Part shown: positions 1 to 10,167 of the stretch, piece by piece | Numbering within the stretch: the stretch's first letter is position 1 | Layout: every line of letters starts with the position of its first letter | NCBI GenBank assembly: GCA_963702475.1 | Contig: CAVPCT010000005.1 | Coordinates: forward strand, 352,001 to 416,000 | DNA from: an uncultured Thermoleophilia bacterium | GTDB lineage: Bacteria; Actinomycetota; Thermoleophilia; UBA2241 | DNA length: 64,000 nucleotides | Direction: 5' to 3' | The notes under the pieces: model-generated | Databases searched by the model: none | The model's input: only the letters and a program-made list of their open reading frames with translations | Told to the model about the DNA's origin: nothing | Program-made: the position numbers and the translations under genes

Positions 1-301
1 CGAAGCCCAGGAGATGGTTGCGCAGGCGCGAGCGCTCGGTGTCGTCGAGGTCGGACACGTCGTGCCCGCCGAGCCGGTACGCGCCGCCGTCGGCCCGGTC
101 GAGCAGCCCGAGCACGTTGAGCAGCGTGGACTTGCCGGCGCCCGAGCGGCCGGTGCACGCGACCCACTCCCCGCGCGTCACGCGCAGGTCCAAGTCCCAG
201 AGCACCGGCACCGCGATCTCGCCGCGCCGGTAGGTCCGCTCGAGCCCGGCGGTCTCCATCACGACGTCCGCGGCAGGTGCGGCGCCGGCGTGAGCTTCCA
301 T
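1..301 (-). CDS. ABC transporter ATP-binding protein (LolD/MacB-like), runs off the left edge
   Basis: Manual translation: MEAHAG...VLWDLDLRVTRGEWVACTGRSGAGKSTLLNVLGLLD (Walker A); GGAGG upstream of ATG at 301. Confidence 0.85.
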   Translation of the reverse strand, partial: MEAHAGAAPAADVVMETAGLERTYRRGEIAVPVLWDLDLRVTRGEWVACTGRSGAGKSTLLNVLGLLDRADGGAYRLGGHDVSDLDDTERSRLRNHLLGF

Positions 302-536
302 GTCCCTCCTCCCGGTGATCGGTAGGCGACCCCGGGACGGCGTGCCGCCGGGGACCACAGCCAGCTTGGCTACCATCGCTGTGAGCCGGCTGTGACCATG
401 GTGAGACGACGCTGAAAGGAGGGTCGCGCCGGTAGGCGGCGCCGGAGTGCGGCGCCGGCACTTGTGACTCGCCGCGGGCGACCCGGCGCAGGCGACGCGC
501 CGCCGGGTCCGGAGCGGACCGCCGGCAGCCGCCGGA

Positions 537-1292
537 TCAGAGGAGAGCGCGGACCTCTCTAGCCACGCGCCGGGCCACGAGGCCGTAACCGGCCGGCGTG
601 AGGTGGACGGTGTCGCGGAAGTAAACCTCGTCGAACTCGGCGCCGGCCCGGCCGAGCTCCGGGTCGGCCGCCACGTCGGCGAGGCCGTCGGCGAAGCCGC
701 GCCACCCGGCGCGGAGCTTCGCATTGAGCGCGGTACGCGCCGCCTCGAACTCCGCGGAGCCCTCGCGCGGCAACACCGTGAGGACGACGACCTTGTAGCC
801 GGCCAGCTGCCGCGCGCGGCAGTACGACGCCAGGCGCCGGTACGCGGTGTCCGGGGCGAACGGAGGGTCGGTGCCGTACATCAGGTCGTTGGTGCCCTCC
901 CACACCACGAGCACCGGGTCACGGCGCCCGGCGGCCAGCGGATCGACCTCGTCGGCGGCGTCGGCCAGCATCATCTGGGTGGTCTGGCCGGGCACCCCGA
1001 GGTTGACGCCTTCGAACCCGGCCGGCAGCACGGCCATGACTTGGGCGGGCATCATGCCGGCCTCGTCAAGGCCCGTGTCCATGACCAGCGAGCAGCCGTC
1101 GAACACGATGAGCCGGGACGCCGGCGCGGGAGTGGTCTGGGACGCCGCCGCCGAAGCCGGCAAGGAGACCGCGGCGGCCGGGAAGACGTCGGGCCCGCCG
1201 GTGCCCGCCCCGCAGGCGAGAAGCGAAGCGGCCGCGGCGACCGCCACGGCCGGCATCAGGATGGCGCGCGCGAGCTTCACAGGCTGCCCCAT
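537..1292 (-). CDS. SGNH/GDSL-family hydrolase, probable lipoprotein
   Basis: Blocks FDGCSL, NLGVPG, EGTND, DTVH; lipobox-like SLLAC; start uncertain. Confidence 0.75.
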   Translation of the reverse strand: MGQPVKLARAILMPAVAVAAAASLLACGAGTGGPDVFPAAAVSLPASAAASQTTPAPASRLIVFDGCSLVMDTGLDEAGMMPAQVMAVLPAGFEGVNLGVPGQTTQMMLADAADEVDPLAAGRRDPVLVVWEGTNDLMYGTDPPFAPDTAYRRLASYCRARQLAGYKVVVLTVLPREGSAEFEAARTALNAKLRAGWRGFADGLADVAADPELGRAGAEFDEVYFRDTVHLTPAGYGLVARRVAREVRALL

Positions 1293-1391
1293 CTCACGCG
1301 GGCGGCGCCGGACCATGCCGGACGCCGTCCCGCCACGGCGGCCGGCGTCGCGGCAGCGACGCCGGCGCCACGGGAGAGCCGCAGAACGAGG

Positions 1392-1694
1392 TCAGCGGGG
1401 GCGTCGACCGCCCTTCTCGATGCCCTTGGCTTCTGAGACGTAGGGCAGCAGCGCCATCTCGCGAGCGCGCTTGACGGCCGTAGCCAGCTGCCGCTGATGG
1501 CGGCGGCAGGTGCCGGTGACGCGCGGCGACTTGATCTTGCCGCGGTCGCTGATGAAGCGCCGGAGGCCCGTGGCGTCCTTGTAGTCGACCTCGTCGATCT
1601 TCTCTTTGCAGAAGTGGCAGAAGCGACGACGCGACGGGTCGAACGGTCGACCCCGCTTCTTGTCGGTCCTGGTCCTGCTCTTGGCCTGCGGCAT
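1392..1694 (-). CDS. rpsR: 30S ribosomal protein S18 (Zn-binding C+ type)
   Basis: CHFC...VDYKD...[11 protein letters not shown]...[26 protein letters not shown]; start at MPQAK. Confidence 0.93.
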   Translation of the reverse strand: MPQAKSRTRTDKKRGRPFDPSRRRFCHFCKEKIDEVDYKDATGLRRFISDRGKIKSPRVTGTCRRHQRQLATAVKRAREMALLPYVSEAKGIEKGGRRPR

Positions 1695-1851
1695 GTACGT
1701 TCCTTTCCCGTCAGCCCATGCGGCGCGTCCGCCCATGCGGCTGCGACCTGTGCGCACTGGAACGTGAATCATGCCGGGATATGGCCTTCAGTGCAAGCCG
1801 AGGCGGGCCGCACGCGCGTAGGGCGGTCCGGAGAGGTCCCCGGCACAGAAG

Positions 1852-1889
1852 CGGGCGGGCGGCGGGCCTTTCGGCCCGCCGCCCGCCCG
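1852..1889 (-). terminator. GC-rich hairpin, likely terminator of the cytochrome gene
   Basis: cgggcgggcggcgggcc-tttc-ggcccgccgcccgcccg inverted repeat just downstream of the stop at 1941. Confidence 0.6.
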
Positions 1890-1940
1890 GCGACTCAGCT
1901 CTCGTGCGCCTCACCGCAAGCGAGGCGACGCGATCTCAGC

Positions 1941-2579
1941 TCACTTGGCCTTGAACAGGATAGCCTTCGAGGTGGTCTTCGGACCGCCGAGCAGGTTGTA
2001 GAACGACGTGCTCGTGCGGAAGCTGCCCTTCTTGAGCGGCTTGTAGGAGTACGCGAAGCGCATCGCGCCACCCAGGAAGCCCAGCTTGGCCGAGCCCTTC
2101 TTGACCTGCTTCCAGCTGTTGCCCGACTTCATCTCCACGACCCAGCTGACGCCCGTGGCGGCCGTGTCGACCGGCGTGACGCCGCCGCTGAACTTGATGG
2201 TCTTCTTGACCTTGACGACCTTGTTGGACGGCACGACGGTGTCGATGGCGATGGTCGCCACGACCGGCGCAACGTGACAGCCGGCGGTGCCGCATGTCGC
2301 GGCCGGGTGCTTGGCCACGATGCTGGCCGCCCCGTGGCAGCTCGCGCAGCCTGATGGGGTCGGCTTCTCGGCAGCACCGTTGGTGTGGCACTTGGTGCAG
2401 TCGGTCACGGTCGCATGCTTGGCGTGCGTAGCTGTCTTGTCGTGGCAGGCCGCGCAGATCGTGAACGTCTGGGCAGCCAGCGCCTGCTGCGCGGCCATCC
2501 CGAACACGGCGACCAGGGCCACCGCGAGGAGCAGGACGAGGCCGACGCGACCTCTGGCCTTCTTGGTCTCTCGATGCAT
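1941..2579 (-). CDS. Secreted small multiheme cytochrome c (3 CxxCH + 1 CX4CH) with Lys-rich C-terminal domain
   Basis: Signal peptide ending ALA; CAACH, CTKCH, CASCH, CGTAGCH; AAGGAGG RBS before ATG at 2579. Confidence 0.8.
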   Translation of the reverse strand: MHRETKKARGRVGLVLLLAVALVAVFGMAAQQALAAQTFTICAACHDKTATHAKHATVTDCTKCHTNGAAEKPTPSGCASCHGAASIVAKHPAATCGTAGCHVAPVVATIAIDTVVPSNKVVKVKKTIKFSGGVTPVDTAATGVSWVVEMKSGNSWKQVKKGSAKLGFLGGAMRFAYSYKPLKKGSFRTSTSFYNLLGGPKTTSKAILFKAK

Positions 2580-2834
2580 GAAGCCTCCTTGGCTCGTGTT
2601 CACAGTTCCTTCACACCCGGACAGTGTGGCCCCTCCACCCCTGCGAAGCAACCGCTCCGAGCCCGCGGAAGAGAGGGCCTGCCCCTACCTGCTTCGGCTT
2701 GCGCCGGTCGTGCCTGAAGAGCAACGTCGCGCGGACCCGCGTGCTTAACGGGACGCGCGGGAAACGTCGTCGTCGGCCGAACGATCGTCTCAGGGACGGG
2801 CGAGAAGACGGCCGTGTTCGGCGCGCCGGCTCCC

Positions 2835-3639
2835 TCATCCTTTCGCCGGCGTCCGCGCCGCGGCCCGTACGACCGTGGTCTCGCCCGGCGCCAGGATGCG
2901 GACCTCCACCTGCGGCGCCAGGTGGGCCGCGTACCGCTCGAAGGCGCGCGGCCACTCCGCGAACTTCGGGTTCACCCGCGGTGGGTACCACGGCGCGTAC
3001 AGCGTGCCCCAGTGCACCGGCACGCAGGCCGCCGGCCGCAGGAGCGCCAGCGCCTTCGCGGCCGTGAGCGGGTTGAGGTGGTCGTCGGGCAGCCGCGGCC
3101 CCCACCCGCCGACCGGCAGTAGGGCGACGTCGAGGTCGCCGGCCAGACCGGCCATCCCGTCGAAGAGGCCGGTGTCGCCGGCGAAGTACGCGCTCTGGGC
3201 TGCCGCGCACGACGAAACCGAGCGCGTTGCCCTCCTCGGCGAACGGGTGCCGGCTGGTGCCGTGGTCGGCGGGTGTGGCCGTGACCACCACACCCCCGCC
3301 GATGTCCCGGCTCTGCCCCGGCTCCATCTCGGTGACGTCGGCGAACCCGAGGCGCCGCAGGAGCTTCTCCGTGGCCCGCGGCGCCAGGATCGGCGTCGTC
3401 TTGTCGATGAGCCGCAGCGACGGCACGTCGAGGTGGTCGATGTGCGCGTGCGAGATGACGACCGCCGCCAGGTCGCCGTGCACGCTCGCCGGCGGCACCG
3501 GACTGCGCCGGATGAGCGGGCCCACGTGCAGGCGCAGGAGCGGGTCGGTGAGGACCCGCCTGCCATCCACTTCGAGCAGCACCGTTGCGTGCCCTACGAA
3601 GGTCACGGCCATGGTCGATGTCGTCGCCTCGACGGTCAT
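2835..3639 (-). CDS. MBL-fold metallo-hydrolase, frameshift near 3197
   Basis: FVGHAT...LTDP...ISHAHIDH in one frame; YFAGDTG...PVHWGT in another. Confidence 0.8.
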
Positions 3640-3768
3640 GAGTGCACGATACCCGCTCCGCCGGACGCGGACGCAACGCCGCGGCCGTCCGCCGTCTCCG
3701 TTCGGATCCTGTGCGGATTCGGTAGAATCTGTTGCGGCGCATCCACAACCCCCTGAAGGAGACCTTCC

Positions 3769-5049
3769 ATGGCGTACGCAGAGGATTTCGAGAGAGCCCT
3801 CCAGGTGGGCCGTCCCCCCAACGTGCAGACCCTCTTCCCCAACTCCAAGGCGCTGCTCGTCAGCGGCAAAGCCGTCGACCGCGCGATGCGGGCCAAGGGC
3901 AACGCCATCGCGATCGCCGCCAACGGGCGCAACGCCTTCGTCATCAAGGGTGCCCTGCGGGCCGCGCAGCGCGCCAACGCCGCGCTCATCATCGAGATCG
4001 CCAAGTCCGAAGGCGGGCAGAAGGCCTACTGCGCCGTGAACTACTGGAACATGGCGACCATCGTCGACGCTCTGTGCAACGAGATGGGCATCACCGTCCC
4101 CGTCGCCGTGCACGCCGACCACTACGGCATCAAGAACGACAAGGACCTCGAGGCGGCAATGGTGGAGGTCCCCAGCATGTTCGAGGCCGGCATCACATCC
4201 ATCGCCATCGACGCCTCGCACCAGCCCAACGACAAGAACGTGCTGGCCAACATCACCCTCGCCCCGTACATCCCCGCGTGGGCCAGCCTCGAGACAGAGG
4301 TCGGCGAGATCAAGGGCGCCTCGGGGCTCTCCACGCCGGCCGAGGCGCTGTTCCAGATCCAGGGCCTCAACGCGCACGACATGTTCGCCGACTGGATCGC
4401 CCTCAACAACGGCACCACCCACGGCATCGAGGCATCGGACGCCGGCATCCAGGTCGGTCTCACCGCCGAGGTGCACAAGGCCCTCGAGCCCTACGAGGTG
4501 AGCGGCGCCCAGCACGGCACCTCGGGCAACAGCTCCGACCGCCTGCGCGAGATCGCCGCGAAGACACACACCACGAAGGCGAACGTGGCCACCGCCCTGC
4601 AGATGATCTCCTGGGGCCTCGAGGTCAACGACTACGGCAACGCCCAGCTCGACGCGGACGGCAACTTCATCAAGGTCGTGGGCGAAGGCGTCACCGAGGA
4701 GATGTGGGCCAAGGTGGTCGCCTACGCCGACGAGAAGGGCTGGAAGAAGGGCGACTACAAGAACCTCAACATCGTGTTCGAGAACCAGTTCTTCGCGCAG
4801 CCGCTCGAGATCCGCGAACGCATGGCGAAGCGGGTCGAGGACTTCGCCTACAAGATGATGACCGAGGTGCTGAACGGCGGCGACACCGCGCCGCTCGCCG
4901 TGGAGGCCATCCTGGCCGCAGGGTCCTACGACCTCGGCCCCAAGGTGGGCCGCATCGAGGACCCCGCGCAGTGGACCGAGGCAGACATCATCGAGCGCGC
5001 CAAGCACCTCGACTCCGACAAGGGCGCCGCGGGCAACTTCGACGATTGA
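3769..5049 (+). CDS. fba: Fructose-bisphosphate aldolase class II
   Basis: AVHADH, IAIDAS, ETEVGEI, NGTTHG, AQHGTSG, KANVAT motifs. Confidence 0.88.
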   Translation: MAYAEDFERALQVGRPPNVQTLFPNSKALLVSGKAVDRAMRAKGNAIAIAANGRNAFVIKGALRAAQRANAALIIEIAKSEGGQKAYCAVNYWNMATIVDALCNEMGITVPVAVHADHYGIKNDKDLEAAMVEVPSMFEAGITSIAIDASHQPNDKNVLANITLAPYIPAWASLETEVGEIKGASGLSTPAEALFQIQGLNAHDMFADWIALNNGTTHGIEASDAGIQVGLTAEVHKALEPYEVSGAQHGTSGNSSDRLREIAAKTHTTKANVATALQMISWGLEVNDYGNAQLDADGNFIKVVGEGVTEEMWAKVVAYADEKGWKKGDYKNLNIVFENQFFAQPLEIRERMAKRVEDFAYKMMTEVLNGGDTAPLAVEAILAAGSYDLGPKVGRIEDPAQWTEADIIERAKHLDSDKGAAGNFDD

Positions 5050-5306
5050 GCGACGGAAGCGGGCTCAACGTGAAGTGCAGCGCCAGCGGCACCTCACACT
5101 CCTGCCCGTAGGCGGCGCAGCCGCCGTAGTGCTAGTGGGCGGCTTGCGACCCGTCAGGGCCCAGCGCAAGACGGATTGAGCTCCGCAGGCGAGTCAGTGC
5201 CGGCGCGCAAGCACTGACCGCCGCAGGCGGCTCAACGTGAGGTAGGCCGCAGGCGCACCTCGCCTCTCCTCGTCCTCGGCCGCCGACGAGGATAGGATGC
5301 GGGCCG

Positions 5307-6188
5307 ATGCTGACCATCGTCCTTGGCCTCACGGCGGCGTGCGCGTACTCCCTCTACGGCTTTGGCAGCCAACGGCTCGTGCGCGGGGTCTCCTGGGTGA
5401 CCCTCGCGGTGGCCATGTTCGGAGTCGGGGTCGTGCTCCTGCTCGTGCCGGCGCTGGTGGTGGACGGGCTGCCGTTCGCCCGGGCGCAGCTGCGCGACCT
5501 CTGTCTCGCCGCCGGCGGCGGACTGCTGTACACCGCGGCCACGGCCGCGTTCCTGCTCGCCCTGCGCGTCGGCAAGCTCTCGCTCGTGACGGTGCTCGCC
5601 TGCCTGGACGGCGCCTTCGCAGCCGTCGTGTCGCTCACGCTCGGCGAACGCGTCGGCGCGTTGGCTGCGGCCGGCCTGGTCTGCGCCGTGGCCGGCGGAT
5701 TGCTCGCAGCAGTCGAGCCGCGGCGTCCGGACGCTCGGGACGCAGAAGCGGGCGTGCCGGGCCGGCGCCGGTTGCGGATCGCCGCCGGCGCCGGCCTGGC
5801 GCTCGTCACCAGCCTCGCCATGGCCGGCGTCTTCGTCTCGTACGGCGCCATCGAGGCCTTCTCGCCCTTCACCACCGTGACGGTCGCGTCGTTCGCCGGG
5901 CTGGCCATCGTGCTCCCCATCGCCGCCGTCCGCCAAGCCGTCCTCCCCCCGCGGGCTCGGACGGCAGGGGTCGTTGGGGTCGGCGTCCTCGATATCCTCG
6001 CGTTCCTGGCGGGAAGCGCGGCCCTCGCCCTGGGACCGGTGTCCGTCGCATCGGTCCTGCAGGCGCAGACGGCCACGCTCTCCACGCTCCTCGGCGTCGC
6101 GGCGCTGCACGAACGGCCGGCGTGGTGGCAGACGGTGGGCATCGTGGCCACGATCGCGGGCGTCAGCATGCTCGCCTGGGCGATGTGA
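5307..6188 (+). CDS. EamA/DMT-family transporter
   Basis: About 10 hydrophobic helices in two repeats ending LGE / LHE. Confidence 0.8.
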   Translation: MLTIVLGLTAACAYSLYGFGSQRLVRGVSWVTLAVAMFGVGVVLLLVPALVVDGLPFARAQLRDLCLAAGGGLLYTAATAAFLLALRVGKLSLVTVLACLDGAFAAVVSLTLGERVGALAAAGLVCAVAGGLLAAVEPRRPDARDAEAGVPGRRRLRIAAGAGLALVTSLAMAGVFVSYGAIEAFSPFTTVTVASFAGLAIVLPIAAVRQAVLPPRARTAGVVGVGVLDILAFLAGSAALALGPVSVASVLQAQTATLSTLLGVAALHERPAWWQTVGIVATIAGVSMLAWAM

Positions 6189-6229
6189 CCGCGGGCCGGG
6201 CGTGAGGATGAAGCCGGCGAGGTGCTCCC

Positions 6230-6291
6230 TTGACACCTTCGAGCGCCGCTCAGTATGGTGACACGGCGCTTTTAGTTATGTAAGTAACTAA
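6230..6291 (+). promoter_or_regulatory. Sigma70-type promoter and palindromic operator upstream of the first mtbB
   Basis: TTGACA 6230-6235, TATGGT 6254-6259, TTAGTTA-tgtaag-TAACTAA 6272-6291. Confidence 0.8.
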
Positions 6292-6323
6292 CGCACCGCT
6301 CGGGGCGGTGACTGGAGGTGCCA

Positions 6324-7712
6324 ATGGCTCGTCGCATCCCCACAAGACTCGGGGACGGCTCGCTCGTCGCGCTCACCGCCGCCGAGATCGAGGCGGACCT
6401 TGTCTCCGGCTGTGAGGCGGCGGTGAAGCGCGCCAAGGTGGAGCCGCTCACCGACGACGACCTCGCCCACCTGCTCGACATCTTCACGTCACCCGCCAAG
6501 TTCAGCGCCGTGGACTACGGCGACGAGGTCGTCCTGAGCTTCGACGGGTCGGGCAACTCTGACCTCAACGCGCCGATCCTCGAGCAACTCGTCTACCAGA
6601 ACCACCACGGCGCCGACATGATCGAGCTTTGGCATCAGGACTACTCGTACAAAGCCGTGCGCACCGTGCTCTCCTTCCAGACGCAGACGGTCAAGGAGGC
6701 ACAGCTCCAGACGGTGATCCCGCTGAACTACGGGGCCATGCCGGACCTGGGCCGCTACTCGATGCCCGACGGCCCGGCCCCCAACTGGTCGGAGCTGCTG
6801 CCGCTCGGCAGGTACGAGGAGGCCCGCGAGGCCCAACTCGAGGCCGTGAAACACCTCGAGAAGGACATGTGGTACGTGATCGAGGCCATGGTGGCCGCGG
6901 GCGTGGACGGCATCGATTTCGACACGGCGGGAGCGGCCGGGGACGCCGACCTGCTGGCCACGCTGCGCACCGCGCGCAAGGTGCGCGACACGTGGCCGCA
7001 CATCGGCGTGGAGATCGGCCAGGCCTCCGAGCTGGTGCTCGGCATGCACGGGCAGCTCGAGTACGAGGGCACCAGGCTGGCCGGCCAGTGGCCCCTCGGC
7101 CAGCTGCGCGCGTGCACCGCAGCCGGCGCCACCATCTTCGGGCCGGCCGTGAACGTGAACACCACCAGGTCGTTGCCGTGGAACACGGCCCGCGCCTGCG
7201 CGCTCATCAAGCCCGTCACCGCCGAGGCCACCATCCCCGTGCACGCCAACGCGGGGATGGGCGTCGGCGGCGTCCCCATGACGCCGTACCCGCCGGTCGA
7301 CGCCACGTCCCGGGCGTCCCGCGCCCTCGTCGACATCTGCAAGGTCGACGGGTTGTAGGTCGGGATCGGGGACCCCGTGGGGATGGCCTCGACACACGCG
7401 CTCGCCTCGGGCATGGGCGGCATGCGGACCGCCGGAGATCTGGTGGCCCGCATGCAGATGACCCGGGGCATGCGTCTCCCGCAGGCCAAGCAGTACGTGG
7501 CGGAGAAGCTCGGCTGCTCCGTGGACGACCTCAACGACACCGTGGTCATGCACGACATCCGCCGCGACCTCGGCCTCGGCCGTATCCAGGTGCAGGACCT
7601 CACCTACGCCGACCACCCGGGAGCGATGGAGGCGAAGTTCCGTATCGCCGAGGTGCTGGACATCCCCATCAACTCGGTCCAGCGCTTCAAGGCGCACGCC
7701 GGGCTGGCGTGA
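6324..7712 (+). CDS. mtbB: Dimethylamine:corrinoid methyltransferase MtbB, pyrrolysine-containing (in-frame TAG 7356-7358), 462 aa
   Basis: TRLGDG start; PVHANAGMGVGGVPM...[37 protein letters not shown]; ORFs 6318-7358 and 7377-7712 are in the same frame; GGAGG RBS. Confidence 0.92.
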
Positions 7713-7782
7713 CGGCGGCGGCGACGCAATGACGGCTGCGGCGAGGTCACCTCGCGACGGTGAGCCGGGACGGAGGACACGC

Positions 7783-9251
7783 ATGACTTCACAGCTGGAC
7801 CTGACGCAGCGCCAGCCGCTGCTGCCGCTGGGCTCCGACTTCCGCGTGCAGTTCTACGGTGCGGCGAAGCTGGACCGTTACAAGGAGGCCGTCCTGACGG
7901 TGCTGGAGCGGACCGGCGTCAGGTTCGGGTCGGCCAAGGCCCTCGCCGTCCTGGATGCGCACGGCGCCCGCGTCGACCGCGCGTCCGGCGTCGTCCGTCT
8001 CCAGCCCGACCTCGTCGAGCGAGCCCTCGGCACCGCCCCGCGCTCGCTCTGGCTGGGGTCGCGGGACGGCACGCTCGACCTCGATCTGGCGTCAGGCGAC
8101 ACCTACAACACCACCAACGGGTGCGGTACTGAGGTCGTCGACTGGCGCACCGCCGAGCGGCGGCCGCCGACCAAGGACGACCTCTGCGCCATCACGCGCA
8201 TGATCGACTACCTGGGCTCGGTCCAGTTCTGGTGGCCCAACGTGGCCGCCGCGGACAAGGGCGACACCCACACCCTGCACGAGCTGGACGCCGCCTGGAA
8301 CAACACGGCCAAGCACCTGCAGGGCATGGTGCAGGGCGAGCGCGAGGCGCGGTACGCCGTGGAGATGGCGACCGTCGTCGCCGGAGGGGCGGAGCAGCTG
8401 CGCCGCCGCCCCCCGATGAGCAACCTCATCGGCACCGTCCAGCCACTCATCAACGACAAGGACGGCATCGAGGCGGCCCTGGTGTTCGCCGAGGCCGGTG
8501 TGCCCGTGTGCTTCGTCACGATGCCGACCTACGGGACGACGGCGCCGGCCACCAAGGCAGGCGCCTACGTCATGGGGTTCGCGGAGCTCATCAGCGCCGC
8601 GGTCTGCGTGCAGCTGGCGCACCCGGGGGCGCCGGTCATCCTCTTCCCCCTCCCCGTGCACGCCGACCCGCGCACGGCCGCGCTGACCACCGCCCCGCTC
8701 AACCACCGCGGCCTCTTCTTGCCCGGCGAGCTCGTGCACCACTTCGGGCTGCCGGCCATGACCGGGTACGCAGGCACCGACGACGACCTGCCGGGCAGCT
8801 GGCTGGCGGCGGCCGAGACGGCGCACACCGTGATGCTGGCCGGCATCGTCGGCTCCGAGCTCATGACCACCATCGGCCTCACCAACCGCTACCAGCTGTT
8901 CACGCCCGAGCACATGATGCTCGACGACGACCTCTACCGGCGGGCGGCCAGCGCCTTCCGCGACCTCGAGCTCGACGACGAGACGCTGGCGCTGGACGTG
9001 ATCGACGCCGTGGGCCCCGGCGGGCACTTCCTGGGCCAGGCGCACACCCGCCGGCACATGAAGGAGACCGTCGAGCGCTCGATCGGCCAGGAGATCGGCC
9101 CCGACGGCACGCACCTGCGCGACGCCGTCGAGGTCGCGCGCGAGCGCGGCCTCGATATCCTCGAGCACTACGTACCGGAGCCGCTCGACGAAGCGAAAGC
9201 GGTGGAACTGGGCGCATCGTGGCGGCGGCCGACGCCGAGCTGCTCAGCTGA
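7783..9251 (+). CDS. MttB-superfamily methyltransferase, non-Pyl; frameshift near 9210
   Basis: LERTGVRF, GTTAPAT, LALDVIDAVGPGGHFLGQAHTRRHM; no amber at the Pyl-equivalent position; C-terminus RIVAAADAELLS lies in another frame. Confidence 0.85.
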
Positions 9252-9925
9252 GCATGGCCGGCCGCGGCCGGCGCCCCGTCCCAGGCGCCCGTGTCCTCGG
9301 CGCCGGCGTCCTGCACGCTGCTCTTCACACAGTCGAGCACGAGGGCGCGCCACAGCTCGAATGCCGGGGTCAGGTCGAGGTCGGGGTCGGCGATGGCCTG
9401 TAGCGCGAGTCCGTCGGTCATGGCGACCGTCAGCACGGCCAGCGGTTCGCTCCTGGCCTGACGCGGACGCCCGTCGCTCCCCTCGTCCAGGGCCCACGTG
9501 TCCAGGCGCCTGTACCACTCGAAGAGCTGGCGCAGGTGCGGCTGGAGCTGCTCGTCGCGCAGGACATGGGGGATCAGCTCGTAGAACATCTGGTACGAGT
9601 CGCGGTCGGACGACATGCTTTCGTGGATGCTCAGGAGCGTCTGGCGACGCTCCTCCCCCGCCGGTACGGCGGTGAGCTTCTCGATGAGCTCCACGGCCTC
9701 CTGGTACAGCACGGAGTCCACAAGCGCGGTGAGCAACCCGGCCTTGCTGCCGAAGTGGTAGCGGATGAGCGCAGGGTTCTCGCCGGCCTCTCTCGCGATC
9801 GTCTCGAACGTGAGAGCACGGAAACCGTCCCGATACAGCACGCGCTTCGCCGCGTCGAGAATGCGCAGGGCGGTCGGCGACAGGTCCGGCGTCGGGTCGT
9901 CGATGGGCAGCTCGTATCTCGCCAT
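9244..9925 (-). CDS. TetR/AcrR-family transcriptional regulator (3' end uncertain)
   Basis: RILDAAKRVLYRDGFRALTFETIAREAGENPALIRYHFGSKAGLL HTH; ORF runs on into the opposite-strand mttB-like gene. Confidence 0.88.
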
Positions 9926-10079
9926 ACTCCCTCTCCCCCACTACGTTGCGGCTTCGAGCCGGGTCGGCGGCGCTCCCCTGAAGGGGACGCCGGGACGGGA
10001 CGGAAGATACCCTCAGCCGACCCGGCCGGACAAGGTCCGCCGCCCGGTCACCAACCCGGCCCGGCCCGGGAGCTCTTCC

Positions 10080-10137
10080 TTGACAGCCTCACGTCCTCTG
10101 CTAGTGTATCGCACATCTTAGTTATGTAACTAACTAA
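10080..10137 (+). promoter_or_regulatory. Sigma70-type promoter and second copy of the palindromic operator
   Basis: TTGACA 10080-10085, TAGTGT 10102-10107, TTAGTTA-tgtaac-TAACTAA 10118-10137. Confidence 0.8.
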
Positions 10138-10167
10138 TCTCCTTCACCCAGGCGACAGGGGGAACGC

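Noticed and set aside
2580-2830. Riboswitch upstream of the small cytochrome
   Set aside because: Some pairing potential, but no recognisable c-di-GMP, cobalamin or SAM consensus
7359-7420. PYLIS-like hairpin after the amber codons
   Set aside because: A short cgggg-a-ccccg inverted repeat follows the mtbB1 TAG, but no common structure is evident after the other three
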